Assembly: GCA_903827975.1 (NCBI GenBank)
Contig: CAIKKG010000031.1
Location: forward strand, 3,717-67,716
DNA: 64,000 bases
Source of the DNA: an uncultured bacterium
GTDB taxonomy: Bacteria > Patescibacteriota > Minisyncoccia > UBA6257 > GWB1-50-10
Direction: 5' to 3'
A program made the position numbers and the translations under genes. Of the stretch, positions 39,094-49,298 are shown in pieces. How positions within the stretch are numbered: position 1 is the first letter of the stretch; each line of letters begins with the position of its first letter. The notes under the pieces were generated by a model. It was given only the letters and a program-made list of their open reading frames with translations, did no database searches and was not told where the DNA came from.

Positions 39094-39975
39094 TTACCAG
39101 TTTCCACTTGATCCACCACCTCCAGACCTACCTCCTCCAAACCCTCCAAACCCTCCACCAGAACCTCCTCCAAATCCTCCTGCGCCACCACCTCCAAGCC
39201 ACCATGGTGGAATACCGCCTCCATTCTTAAACTTGTCATAGGACTTTGAAACAAAATAATCGAATATTAGTCCTAGTGGAATTAGAATACCTATTGAAAT
39301 AATTCCGAAATACATAAACCCTTTAATCAACCCAATAATAGCTCCAGCAACACCGCCAACGACACCGCCAGCCCACCAGGACTTTGACTTACCTAAAATA
39401 CTCGCAAGCCATATAAAAATAAGTGGGACAAAATACCAAAAATCAAAAATAGCTGTTGAGGTTTTATTTTTCTTTGGAGATTCGGAAGGAATATACTCAC
39501 CCTGCGTGGCTGCGATAATTTTTGAAACACCAGCATCAATTCCAGCATAATAGTTATTCTGTTTAAATTGCGGAGTTATCTCGTTCTGAATAATCCAGTA
39601 ACTCTGTGAATCTGTAAGCGCGCCCTCAAGTCCGTACCCAACCTCAATACGCAATGACTTATCATCTCGTGAAATAAGTAAAAGTACTCCGTTATCTTTG
39701 CCTTGCTTTCCAATTTTCCACTCCTCAAAAAGCTTAACCGCATAATTTTCTATGTAATCTCCTTCCAAGCTAGGAATTGTTACAACTGATATTTCATTGC
39801 TTGTACTTTTTTCAAATGCTGACAATTTCTGTTCAAGTGCGGTTTTCTCATCTGGTTTCAACATTCCAGCAAAATCGTTTACAAAGCCCGCGGGCTTACC
39901 GGGGCTTGTGTATGCACTCGCAACAAATGGAATTATTGCGACAACAATGAGAAAGAGTAATGTGACCCTTCTCAT
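39094..39975 (-). CDS. TPM-domain (YgcG-like) protein with TM helices and a Gly-rich C-terminal tail
   Basis: TPM/DUF477 core 'GVLLLISRDDKSLRIEVGYGLEG'; paired with an upstream LemA gene. Confidence 0.7.
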   Translation of the reverse strand: MRRVTLLFLIVVAIIPFVASAYTSPGKPAGFVNDFAGMLKPDEKTALEQKLSAFEKSTSNEISVVTIPSLEGDYIENYAVKLFEEWKIGKQGKDNGVLLLISRDDKSLRIEVGYGLEGALTDSQSYWIIQNEITPQFKQNNYYAGIDAGVSKIIAATQGEYIPSESPKKNKTSTAIFDFWYFVPLIFIWLASILGKSKSWWAGGVVGGVAGAIIGLIKGFMYFGIISIGILIPLGLIFDYFVSKSYDKFKNGGGIPPWWLGGGGAGGFGGGSGGGFGGFGGGRSGGGGSSGNW

Positions 39976-39981
39976 ATAAGA

Positions 39982-40539
39982 CTAGAAATTAACTTTTGGC
40001 GCTTCCTCAGCTCCTTTAGCAGCGGCAAAATATGCGCGTTGATTGAAACCAAACATTCCCGCAAATATATTTCCTGGGAAACTTTTTACTGAAATGTTCA
40101 ACACGGTAACCTTATCGTTAAAGCGCATTCTTTCAACACTTACTCGGTTTTCAGTTCCGGTAATCTCAGCCATAAGTGTCTGAACAGTATCAATAGATTT
40201 AAGTTGTGGATAATTTTCCATGACAGCAAGCACCTTTGCAAAAGTTGACTCAACCTGTCCAGCAGCAGCAACTTTAGCGTCAACTCCAGAAGCGTTCATA
40301 TATCGAGTACGAGCCTCAGTGACTGCGCCGAATACAGCGGTCTCCTGTTTCATAGCTCCCTGCACAGAACTTACAAGATTCGGAATCTGATCAATTCTTC
40401 GCTGATACTGAGCCTCAACCTGTGCCCACTGGTTATTTACAGCCTCATTTTTCCCAACAAGACTATTATACGAAGACCAAGTAAACAAAACTAAAAGTAA
40501 TACTATACCACCGACAATCCATGATGCTTTATTTTTCAT
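39982..40539 (-). CDS. LemA-family protein
   Basis: N-terminal TM plus the LemA helical-domain pattern; LemA-TPM gene pair. Confidence 0.75.
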   Translation of the reverse strand: MKNKASWIVGGIVLLLVLFTWSSYNSLVGKNEAVNNQWAQVEAQYQRRIDQIPNLVSSVQGAMKQETAVFGAVTEARTRYMNASGVDAKVAAAGQVESTFAKVLAVMENYPQLKSIDTVQTLMAEITGTENRVSVERMRFNDKVTVLNISVKSFPGNIFAGMFGFNQRAYFAAAKGAEEAPKVNF

Positions 40540-40589
40540 AAATTATTTTTTTATTTTGACCTTATAGTAAGGATAGCACAAATAACCCT

Positions 40590-40620
40590 AATAAAAAGCC
40601 CCGTCCGTAGACGGGGCAAA
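40590..40620 (-). terminator. Terminator downstream of the 3D-domain gene
   Basis: GCCCCGTC-cgtag-ACGGGGC followed by a T-run on the minus strand. Confidence 0.65.
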
Positions 40621-40626
40621 ATGAAA

Positions 40627-41031
40627 CTAACCCAGTATGACTATGCGCATGCGTGACCTACCGATTTGGAATGCTCTTTTTTTGGAAGAGACCCAGATAT
40701 CGATAAAATTACGCTTTCGCTTCGCCATACGATCTTTTACGATGAACTCCTTTTCACCGAAAAGATCTGGGATTTTTATGCGTGTACCAAGCGGAAGAAA
40801 GTTGCAAGCAACAATTCCGTCGCGGGCGGGTTCACCCGACTTAGTAATACCGAGTGCGTTTCCGCACTCATCAGCACTACTAGTGTACGCGGTGATATTC
40901 GCCTGAGCGAATGTCTCACCATTTTCTGAGATTTCATAGACTGGCTCGCGTACGGGACTATAAGCCCCCTCAGAACTCCACGCGCGTGCGCCAGAGAACA
41001 AAATCAAAATTGGAATTACCAAATTTCGCAA
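40627..41031 (-). CDS. 3D-domain (MltA/RlpA-like double-psi beta-barrel) secreted protein
   Basis: 'NITAYTSSADECGN...GIVACNFLPLGTRIKIP...IDIW' 3D-domain pattern; signal peptide. Confidence 0.55.
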   Translation of the reverse strand: MRNLVIPILILFSGARAWSSEGAYSPVREPVYEISENGETFAQANITAYTSSADECGNALGITKSGEPARDGIVACNFLPLGTRIKIPDLFGEKEFIVKDRMAKRKRNFIDIWVSSKKRAFQIGRSRMRIVILG

Positions 41032-41166
41032 AACAAACCTCCCTTATGGATTAAACTTCTTTGGTTATTAAGGAACAAGACAATATTGTATACCATATTT
41101 CTATTTTGTCAATCATTTAATATTTGTCTTGCGAAAACGCCTGCTTCAGGCTAACTTAAAGATGTA

Positions 41167-42522
41167 ATGGTAATTCGAAACACACTTAGAAGAATTGTCT
41201 TCCTTGCATTTATAACACTGTTTTTAGTTGTGGGGACATATCTGACAATAAAAATGCTTGGATTTGTTATTGATACAAAACATATGCAACTCACGAAAGC
41301 GAGCGGAATTTTCGTTAGCTTCACACCAAGTGATTCTATTCTGTACTTAGACGGCGATGAATACCCTGGCAAGGTTGGCTTCATGGGTAAGGATATTTAT
41401 GTGCCTGGACTTATGCCTGGAACTCACACGGTATCACTAAAAAAAGATGGGTATTACGATTGGAACAAGGAACTCACACTTGAATCAGGAAGAGTTGCGT
41501 CAGCAAAAGACGTAACACTGTGGCCGAAGACGCTTACCCCGCTAGCGAGCTCAACTGATGTTTCTTCCTTTTGGTTAACAAAAAATGGTCCGCTCACTAA
41601 AAATAGCAAAGGGCAGCTTGCGATAAATAAAACAAAAATAAAAGGTAAAAATGTTATTTTATCTAATTCGGATTCTAAATTTGTAGTAACAAGCGATGCG
41701 GGAGCTTATTACTTTATGGATCTTGATAATACATCTACTACTATAAATGTGGCGACTGTATTCAACAAACTTAAAAGTGAGCAGTTAAAAATTAATGGGG
41801 TCACTGCAATACATGAGGTAATTTCACATCCATTCACAAGAACTACGCTCGTGATAACTACAAACTCATCAATATATCTTCTAGATATGAAGAAGATGTC
41901 ATTAGAAAAATTATTTTCAGCAGAAAAACTTGTTACATATGCAACAAGTAATAATTCAATTTTTGCTGTTGACTCAAGGGGTACTCTTACCGTGATGAAT
42001 CTGCTAATGCATACAAAATCTGAATATCCAATTCACTTGGAATTTGCATCACGCATTATTGCAGATCCAGAAGGTTCTAATCTAATAATTATTGATTCTG
42101 AGAATAAAGCATTCCTATATGAAGTTGGCGCGGAAATACTAAAGAAGATAGGAACGGATATATCATTTTTCTCATTCTCACCTGACTCAAAGCGAGCAAT
42201 AATAATTTCTAGAAGAGGAGAGGCGCAGATTATATATCTAAAAGATTATGAAGATAATGTAGTTCGTAAAAATGGAGATGTTAGCTCACTCATACTAAAC
42301 GAACAAGAAGATGCTTTAACATTCGCATGGATGCCATTAGAGCAAAATTACTTCCTCATTAAAGCTGATGGAACAATGATGATTGAAGAATTTGATATGC
42401 GCGGAAAAAGAAATATATATAAAATTGCAAAAGACGCAAAACAATTTGCGATTCACGATAATACACTTTATCTATTGAATAATTCGGGCCTACTTACCTA
42501 TCAGAAACTTTCTGCTAATTAA
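41167..42522 (+). CDS. PEGA-domain membrane-anchored protein with a C-terminal beta-rich (propeller-like) region
   Basis: N-terminal TM; PEGA-like 'YLDGDEYPGKVGFMGKDIYVPGLMPGTHTVSLKKDGYYDW'. Confidence 0.5.
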   Translation: MVIRNTLRRIVFLAFITLFLVVGTYLTIKMLGFVIDTKHMQLTKASGIFVSFTPSDSILYLDGDEYPGKVGFMGKDIYVPGLMPGTHTVSLKKDGYYDWNKELTLESGRVASAKDVTLWPKTLTPLASSTDVSSFWLTKNGPLTKNSKGQLAINKTKIKGKNVILSNSDSKFVVTSDAGAYYFMDLDNTSTTINVATVFNKLKSEQLKINGVTAIHEVISHPFTRTTLVITTNSSIYLLDMKKMSLEKLFSAEKLVTYATSNNSIFAVDSRGTLTVMNLLMHTKSEYPIHLEFASRIIADPEGSNLIIIDSENKAFLYEVGAEILKKIGTDISFFSFSPDSKRAIIISRRGEAQIIYLKDYEDNVVRKNGDVSSLILNEQEDALTFAWMPLEQNYFLIKADGTMMIEEFDMRGKRNIYKIAKDAKQFAIHDNTLYLLNNSGLLTYQKLSAN

Positions 42523-43395
42523 TTACTTATAAAGAATTAAATCCATAAACTTCTCGAATGGCGCTTTTTCGGGCATTGTGTGTCCCACATGTGCACATAT
42601 TTCTGAAATCTTATCATGAGCCTCCTGCTCCCCATGCGCTATTAACTCTCGTGCACTTCCAAAATCAAGCCAATGATGATTAAGGACGTTTGGTCTCAAA
42701 ACAAAATCTGCACTACTTGTGAGTACGCGACTCGCAATCTGATACTCTATTACTGACATTGCTGCAGCTATAAGAGCATAGACATGCAAAACATTAAGAT
42801 GTTCTTCCGTAAGATTAAACCACTTACTTGATACATCAACTGCTATTACAAAATCAGAACCCATTTCCTTTACTACATCTGCTGGAACTGGATTTACAAA
42901 TCCTCCATCCATAAGAAGTCTGCCATCTATCTGAACTGGGCTAAAAACAACAGGTAACGCTGTGCTAGCGCGAACAGCGTCAGCAATATTCCCAACTTCC
43001 AAAACAACCTGCTCCCCATTTTTGACATCAGTAGCAATTGCTTTGAATGGTATTTTACAATCTTCAAAATTAAATTTACTGAAGTGACTCTCAAGAAAAT
43101 CAGGGATTGATGAGTCTTTAAAAATTAAGCCATCATGTTTGCGTGCTATTTTACCCGCAGTATATACGTCGTCCTTTTTTACTCCCAAAAATAATTTCTC
43201 AAGTGTAGAAATGTCTTTAGTCGATGCATACCAGGCACCAACAAGCGCACCCATGCTTGTGCCAGTAATATAACTAATCTCGAGCCCCGCGCGCTCAATC
43301 TCCTTTATAACCCCTATATGAGCCAGGCCCTTTGCACCACCACCTCCAAGAGCAAGACCAATCTTCCTTTTTTTAATATTTAGATTCTCTGTCAT
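42523..43395 (-). CDS. Patatin-like phospholipase
   Basis: Oxyanion 'GGGGAKG' and GxSxG 'GTSMG' motifs. Confidence 0.8.
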   Translation of the reverse strand: MTENLNIKKRKIGLALGGGGAKGLAHIGVIKEIERAGLEISYITGTSMGALVGAWYASTKDISTLEKLFLGVKKDDVYTAGKIARKHDGLIFKDSSIPDFLESHFSKFNFEDCKIPFKAIATDVKNGEQVVLEVGNIADAVRASTALPVVFSPVQIDGRLLMDGGFVNPVPADVVKEMGSDFVIAVDVSSKWFNLTEEHLNVLHVYALIAAAMSVIEYQIASRVLTSSADFVLRPNVLNHHWLDFGSARELIAHGEQEAHDKISEICAHVGHTMPEKAPFEKFMDLILYK

Positions 43396-43416
43396 TTGAT
43401 TTATTCTACCACCAAA

Positions 43417-45930
43417 TTATAAAACTTTCTTCAAGTAATAACCCGTGAAACTATTGGCTCTTTGGGCGATATCCTCAGGCGTTCCCTCTCCAACTATACT
43501 ACCGCCACGCTCACCACCCTCAGGACCAAGATCAATTACCCAGTCTGCCGACTTAATAACATCGAGGTTGTGTTCAATTACCACAACGGTATTTCCTCGT
43601 GAAACAAGTCTTTGCAATACATCAAGAAGTTTTTGAATATCAGCAAAATGAAGTCCTGTTGTCGGCTCATCCAAAAGATAAATTGTCTTTCTTGTGTCAC
43701 GCTTACCGAGCTCAGCCGCCAACTTTATTCGTTGTGCCTCACCGCCTGATAAAGTTGTTGCGGATTGCCCAAGCTGAAGATAACCGAGACCAACCTCATC
43801 TAATATTTTAAGTCTGTCATAAAGCCAAGGAATGTCTTCAAAAAACTTTGCCGCCTCCTCAATTGTAGTTTGCAAGACATCATAAATATTCTTACCCTTG
43901 TACTCAACCTCAAGAGTCTCCCTATCAAAGCGCTTTCCTTTACAAACATCGCAGGTCACATAAACCGTCGGAAGAAAGTGCATTTCAATTGCAATTACGC
44001 CATGACCCTCACAGTTCTCACACCTACCACCTTTAACATTGAAACTAAATCTTCCGGGCTTATATCCTCGCACACGGGCATCCTCAGTTGCTGAAAATAA
44101 ATCACGGATAAATGACCAGGCCCCTACATATGTTGCCGGGTTTGAGCGAGGAGTTCTTCCTATTGCGCCCTGATCGATATTGATAACACGATTTATATAT
44201 TCAAGTCCTGTTATTCCCTTGTTAGCGCCAACTTTATAACTCGCACTGTTAAATTTATTTGCGAGATGCTTATATAACACATCATAAATTAATGAGCTTT
44301 TTCCTGAACCTGAAACTCCTGTTATGGCAGTTAATCTGCGCAGAGGAATCTCTACATCAATGTTCTTGAGATTATTTTCAGTAACCCCCTTCATTTTTAT
44401 TGACTCATGACCGCGCTTAACATTTCGTCGTTCTTTTGGAGCCTCAATAAATTCCTTCCCGCGTAAATAATCCAATGTAAGTGATTTCTGCGTTGTATCA
44501 TTTAAAATCTCTGGAACAGGACCTGCGGCTATTACCATTCCTCCATGAACACCGGCGCCAGGACCTATATCAACAAGATAATCGGACTCGCGAATTGTTT
44601 CCTCGTCGTGCTCAACAACAATAACGGTATTTCCAAGATCTCTTAAATCATGAAGTGTTTTAATAAGCTTAGCGTTATCACGTTGGTGTAATCCAATTGT
44701 AGGTTCATCAAGAATATATAGAGTTCCAGTAAGGCGTGAGCCGATCTGAGATGCCAGACGAATACGCTGCGCCTCACCACCAGAGAGCGTGCCCGCGCGC
44801 CTATCAAGTGTCAGATATTCCAAACCAACATCAGCTAAAAATTTTAGACGATTTCTTATCTCACGCATCGGGAGCTCTGCAATTTCCTTAAACTGAGTAT
44901 CTTTTTCCGTTTGCGCAATTTCAAAAAATTCATTTGCGTGCGAAACAGAAAGCCCAGTGATTGAGGCAATGTTTTTACCGCCAATTAAAACATTTAGAGC
45001 CTCCTCCTTTAATCTCTTTCCATTACAGACCTCACAGATTTTTTCTGAAAAAATACTCTCAGTTCCTAAACCGCTACACCCGGGACACATTCCATAAGGA
45101 CTATTAAAAGAAAATAATCTAGGCTCAATTTCAGGAAAAGAAAATCCATCATTCGGACAAGTGAATTTTGCCGAGAGTGAGACCTCCTCATCCGTTATTA
45201 TTGTCACCACATCATTACCATGTTTTAGTGCTGTCTCAATAGCCTCAGAGAGACGAAGACGATTATCTTTTTCTCCAAAATTAAGTCGCGCAGGCATCCT
45301 ATCTACTACAAGATCAATCGTGTGTTGTTTATAACGACTCAAATCAACCTTATCTCTCAAAGAATAATATTTTCCATCAACTCTTATTTCAGAAAATCCA
45401 GTGTTTAAGAAATCATAAAGCAACTGATAATACTCACCCTTTCTTCCGCGAACCACTGGCGCCAATATAACCATATTTTTCCCCACCTCATTTTTCTTTG
45501 AAATCTGAACGGCAACATCAACGATTTCTTCAATCGTCATTTTTTTAATTGCATTACCACATCTTGGACAAAATGGTTTTCCCGCACGAGCAAAAAGCAC
45601 GCGCATGTAATCATATATTTCAGTTATTGTTGCAACAGTAGAACGAGGATTTGCTGAGTGACTTTTCTGGTCAATAGAAATTGCTGGAGATAGACCTTCA
45701 ATCTCATCAACGTCTGGCTTATCAAGACGGCCCAAAAATTGTCGCGCATAAGCAGAAAGAGATTCTATATAGCGACGCTGCCCTTCTGCAAAAATTGTAT
45801 CAAAAGCTAATGATGATTTTCCTGAACCTGAAAGACCCGTAAATACGGTCATCTTTCCACGAGGAATCTCTAAATTTATATTTTTGAGATTATGTTCTCT
45901 TGCTCCTTTTATTATTATTTTGTCTTGCAT
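43417..45930 (-). CDS. uvrA: Excinuclease ABC subunit A (837 aa, compact)
   Basis: '[18 protein letters not shown]' aligns with E. coli 'MDKIEVRGARTHNLKNI'; two ABC ATPase modules and Zn fingers. The tracker start (GTG at 45969) reads through a GC hairpin and was rejected. Confidence 0.9.
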   Translation of the reverse strand: MQDKIIIKGAREHNLKNINLEIPRGKMTVFTGLSGSGKSSLAFDTIFAEGQRRYIESLSAYARQFLGRLDKPDVDEIEGLSPAISIDQKSHSANPRSTVATITEIYDYMRVLFARAGKPFCPRCGNAIKKMTIEEIVDVAVQISKKNEVGKNMVILAPVVRGRKGEYYQLLYDFLNTGFSEIRVDGKYYSLRDKVDLSRYKQHTIDLVVDRMPARLNFGEKDNRLRLSEAIETALKHGNDVVTIITDEEVSLSAKFTCPNDGFSFPEIEPRLFSFNSPYGMCPGCSGLGTESIFSEKICEVCNGKRLKEEALNVLIGGKNIASITGLSVSHANEFFEIAQTEKDTQFKEIAELPMREIRNRLKFLADVGLEYLTLDRRAGTLSGGEAQRIRLASQIGSRLTGTLYILDEPTIGLHQRDNAKLIKTLHDLRDLGNTVIVVEHDEETIRESDYLVDIGPGAGVHGGMVIAAGPVPEILNDTTQKSLTLDYLRGKEFIEAPKERRNVKRGHESIKMKGVTENNLKNIDVEIPLRRLTAITGVSGSGKSSLIYDVLYKHLANKFNSASYKVGANKGITGLEYINRVINIDQGAIGRTPRSNPATYVGAWSFIRDLFSATEDARVRGYKPGRFSFNVKGGRCENCEGHGVIAIEMHFLPTVYVTCDVCKGKRFDRETLEVEYKGKNIYDVLQTTIEEAAKFFEDIPWLYDRLKILDEVGLGYLQLGQSATTLSGGEAQRIKLAAELGKRDTRKTIYLLDEPTTGLHFADIQKLLDVLQRLVSRGNTVVVIEHNLDVIKSADWVIDLGPEGGERGGSIVGEGTPEDIAQRANSFTGYYLKKVL

Positions 45931-46004
45931 AACGAAATGGCCCGGCACTTCGCGTGCCAGGGATACCACAGACGAACTTTAGTGTTCGAAATAAAAAAAG
46001 TCAA

Positions 46005-46045
46005 TCAACTAAAAATAAAAAGGCCCCCGCGGTTAGGCGGGGGCA
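46005..46045 (-). terminator. Strong rho-independent terminator downstream of the GC-rich ORF, upstream of uvrA
   Basis: GCCCCCGC-ctaac-GCGGGGGC followed by CTTTTTATTTTT on the minus strand. Confidence 0.75.
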
Positions 46046-46063
46046 GACAATATTTGGCCGATA

Positions 46064-46714
46064 TTACTCGGCGGGTGCGGCCTTCTTGGCCCTGGGCTTG
46101 CGCCTGGGGGTTGGAGCCGAAGCAACCAGCTCTGCCGGAGGCGGGACTACCACCAAGGGCTCGGGCTGATTTGCCATCCTGAGTTTAAGAAACTCACCCG
46201 CAGTGATGATGCGCAGACCACGACGAACGTCGTAGTAAAGCGCTACGGTCATCCCAGCCGAATCGTCCGAATGGACTGGCAAAACATCACCCGGCTCCAT
46301 TACAACGATGCCGTCTCCGACGACCTTCCTGCTACTAGTGATGCTCCAGCCGTAGGGCAGATCATCATCAGGCTCCTTTGGCCAGATGCCTGTCACCCGT
46401 ATCAGAATGCTGGTATCTGGGTCACCATCCTCCTCGGCAGAGAGGAGGTGGAAGTACTTGAGCCCCTCTGTGGTGCTCGCTCGGTCTTCGAGCTTCATCA
46501 GTGCGGTGGCAAAGATGCGACCGTTCTTCACGGTCGGGGGGTTCTTGAAAAAGAACCCCACTTTCTGGCACCACTGGTCCTTGCCATATCGGCCGAGAAC
46601 CACAGATTGGTGCGTCTCCTCGCCTTTCTTGGTGATGGTGGTGACGATGCCCGCAACTACTCGGGCAACTAAGGTACCTGCAGAATTCTGGAAAAACATA
46701 CTAAAACACTTCAT
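46064..46714 (-). CDS. Hypothetical 216-aa protein encoded mostly in ~60% GC DNA, with a Pro/Lys/Arg-rich C-terminal tail (PRRKPRAKKAAPAE). No family recognised
   Basis: ATG at 46714 preceded by GGAGG-6nt spacing; AT-rich first ~14 codons then a GC-rich body; consensus promoter upstream and terminator downstream; lies between uvrB and uvrA. Confidence 0.55.
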   Translation of the reverse strand: MKCFSMFFQNSAGTLVARVVAGIVTTITKKGEETHQSVVLGRYGKDQWCQKVGFFFKNPPTVKNGRIFATALMKLEDRASTTEGLKYFHLLSAEEDGDPDTSILIRVTGIWPKEPDDDLPYGWSITSSRKVVGDGIVVMEPGDVLPVHSDDSAGMTVALYYDVRRGLRIITAGEFLKLRMANQPEPLVVVPPPAELVASAPTPRRKPRAKKAAPAE

Positions 46715-46925
46715 TAGAAACCTCCTGCGCCACGAAGGGCGCAAAACCTAAAATGATGCGGATTATTTTTCCTGCCCCGCACCAAAAGGTGGGCAGTTGC
46801 TCTCAGACGAGAAGCGCACTGAATACCTAAAAATAGATAGACACGCAGTACGCCACTCATCTAAAAGTAATTAAATTAAAATCTATTACGTTTTCAATGT
46901 GCTTTTATAATACGATAACAAATGT

Positions 46926-46954
46926 ATTCTACCCTAATTATATGATTTTGTCAA
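46926..46954 (-). promoter_or_regulatory. Near-consensus sigma70 promoter (TTGACA-17 nt-TAGAAT) driving the GC-rich ORF through a ~200-nt leader
   Basis: Minus-strand read TTGACAaaatcatataattagggTAGAAT, immediately 3' of the uvrB stop. Confidence 0.55.
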
Positions 46955-46971
46955 TACAAATTCTGCGCACG

Positions 46972-49026
46972 TTAACCTCTCTTTGGGGTGTTTTTTTCTT
47001 TCTTTTTTGTGCTTTTTAGGGCCTCTTTTTTAATATCATCTATCTTTTGAGATAGTATTTTTATTTCCTCGCGCAAGATAGTTGCAAGCTCAAAATTGAG
47101 TTCCTCTGCGGCCTCACGCATTTCTTTTTCCTTTTCTTTAATTAATACATCAAGAACCTTTTTTGATTTTGGAACTACTCCTAGCTCTATACTCTCAATT
47201 TTACCAATTGGTAAAATATCTTTTATCTCCTTCTTAATTGTTCTTGGGGTAATATTATGCTTCTTATTATATTCAAGTTGAATCTTTCTACGCCTTCCTG
47301 TTTCACGTATTGCTCGCTCCATTGAACCAGTTATATTATCCGCATACATAAGAACCTCACCACTAACATTACGCGCTGCACGTCCTATTGTTTGAACGAG
47401 TGCCGTCTCACTTCTCAAAAATCCTTCCTTGTCAGCATCCAAAATCGCAACAAGTGAGACCTCAGGCAGATCTAATCCTTCACGAAGAAGGTTAACGCCA
47501 ACTAGTACATCAATCTCTCCCCTTCTCAATTTAGTAAGAATCCTAATTCTATCCAGCGTTTTAACATCACTATGTAAATAAGTTACTTTAATTTTCCTCT
47601 CTTCAAGATATGCGGATAAATCTTCAGCCATTTTTTTTGTAAGCGTGGTTACAAGAACACGCTCTCGCTCAGCATCAGGCCTACTGATATGTTTTTCGAT
47701 ACGCATTATTAAATCCTGCACCTGACCTTTCGCGGGAAGAATTGTGACAATCGGATCAACAAGACCAGTTGGACGAATAATCTGTTCAACAATCTGCCCA
47801 CCATGTTTTTTAGACTCATCTAATTCATACTTACCAGGGGTGGCGGACACATATACAACCTGTCCTATGCGACCGTTAAACTCCTTAAATGTAAGTGGTC
47901 TGTTGTCAGCAGCAGATGGAAGACGAAATCCAAACTCAATAAGTGTTTTCTTTCGCGCCGCATCACCAGCAGACATTCCAGAAATTTGCGGTACGGTAAC
48001 GTGTGACTCATCAATAAATGTAATAAAATCTTTTGGAAAATAATCGAGAAGCGTGTCAGATGGCTCACCTGCTGGACGTCCTGAAAGATGACGAGAATAA
48101 TTCTCGATTCCGTTGCAATACCCAACCTCACGTATCATCGCCAAATCAAACTTAGTTCTCCTCTCAAGGCGCTCAGCCTCAAGATACTTTCCCGTTTTTT
48201 CAAAATATTTTAGCTGAGCTTTCAATTCATTCTGAATCTCATTAATGGCGCGCTCCCTTTCCTCAGGTAATGTAATAAAGTGCTTTGCTGGAGCAATAAA
48301 AATCTCATCACGCGTAGGTGTTTTTCCAGGAATAAATCCAGCAACTGGATCAATCTCATAGATTGTTTTAATTACATCATTTTTAAGCTCGAAGTTAAAA
48401 ATAACCTCTCTGTCTGTAGGCATTATCTCCCAGTTGTCTCCTCGAAGACGAAATGTGCCCCTGGTTAGGTCTGAGTTCGTGCGGTTAAAATGCAATTCAA
48501 CTAGTTTACGAACAAAAGACGGGCGGTCTATTGTATCCCCTTTTTTAAAATGAAAAATATGGTCTGCATAAACCTGTGGCGTACCAAGTCCATAAATACA
48601 CGAGACTGACGAAACAACGATTACATCACGGCGCGTAAGAAGCGCGGTTGTTGCAGCATGACGCAACTTATCAATCTCCTCATTTATCATCGCCTCCTTA
48701 CCTATATATGTGTCTGACGTAGGAATATAAGCCTCAGGTTGATAATAGTCATAATACGAAACGAAATAGTGAACTGAGTTTTCAGGAAATAATTCACGAA
48801 GCTCATTTGTTAATTGTGCGGCAAGTGTCTTGTTATGAGCGATTACAAGTGCGGGGCGTTCTATTTCCTTAATAACATTAGCCATCGTAAATGTCTTACC
48901 AGAACCAGTAACACCTAGTAGCGTCTCCTGAGTTATGCCTTTTTTTATACCACTAACAAGCGCCTTAATCGCTTTTGGTTGGTCACCAGCGGGTTTGTTT
49001 TCGCTAACTAATTTAAAAAGGCTCAT
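46972..49026 (-). CDS. uvrB: Excinuclease ABC subunit B
   Basis: 'MSLFKLVSENKPAGDQPKAIKAL' aligns with the E. coli UvrB N-terminus; 'GVTGSGKTFT' Walker A; full-length similarity. Confidence 0.9.
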   Translation of the reverse strand: MSLFKLVSENKPAGDQPKAIKALVSGIKKGITQETLLGVTGSGKTFTMANVIKEIERPALVIAHNKTLAAQLTNELRELFPENSVHYFVSYYDYYQPEAYIPTSDTYIGKEAMINEEIDKLRHAATTALLTRRDVIVVSSVSCIYGLGTPQVYADHIFHFKKGDTIDRPSFVRKLVELHFNRTNSDLTRGTFRLRGDNWEIMPTDREVIFNFELKNDVIKTIYEIDPVAGFIPGKTPTRDEIFIAPAKHFITLPEERERAINEIQNELKAQLKYFEKTGKYLEAERLERRTKFDLAMIREVGYCNGIENYSRHLSGRPAGEPSDTLLDYFPKDFITFIDESHVTVPQISGMSAGDAARKKTLIEFGFRLPSAADNRPLTFKEFNGRIGQVVYVSATPGKYELDESKKHGGQIVEQIIRPTGLVDPIVTILPAKGQVQDLIMRIEKHISRPDAERERVLVTTLTKKMAEDLSAYLEERKIKVTYLHSDVKTLDRIRILTKLRRGEIDVLVGVNLLREGLDLPEVSLVAILDADKEGFLRSETALVQTIGRAARNVSGEVLMYADNITGSMERAIRETGRRRKIQLEYNKKHNITPRTIKKEIKDILPIGKIESIELGVVPKSKKVLDVLIKEKEKEMREAAEELNFELATILREEIKILSQKIDDIKKEALKSTKKKEKNTPKRG

Positions 49027-49076
49027 ATATATTCGCACTCATAATAGATAAGGTGTGCGAACTAAGCAAGAACATT

Positions 49077-49298
49077 CTATTCAGCAACCTCAACTACTTT
49101 TATTTTTGCCATATGACCAGCTACTATCTCCACCTCATATGGGCGGAGTCCTAAGTGTTTCGCAAGTGCCAACTCAATAGCTTTATTTGCCTTCCCTTCT
49201 TTTGCGGGAGCCTTAACAGAAATCTCGTAGTTTGAGTCATCAATGCGCAAAACCTTTTCTTCGCGCGCATTAGGTTTTGCGCGCACCAAAATCTTCAT
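49077..49298 (-). CDS. DUF167 (YggU/UPF0235) family protein
   Basis: 73-aa 'KILVRAKPNAREEKV...ISVKAPAKEGKANKAIELALAKHLG' typical of DUF167. Confidence 0.65.
   Translation of the reverse strand: MKILVRAKPNAREEKVLRIDDSNYEISVKAPAKEGKANKAIELALAKHLGLRPYEVEIVAGHMAKIKVVEVAE

Noticed and set aside
45931-45969. uvrA N-terminal extension ([13 protein letters not shown]) from the tracker GTG start
   Set aside because: It reads through a GC-rich hairpin belonging to the island boundary. The internal ATG (MQDKIII) aligns exactly with the UvrA N-terminus of model organisms.
46271-46751. + strand ORFs (133 aa and 121 aa) inside the second GC island
   Set aside because: They are antisense to the better-supported minus-strand gene, which has promoter, SD and terminator; a GC-rich antisense artefact.
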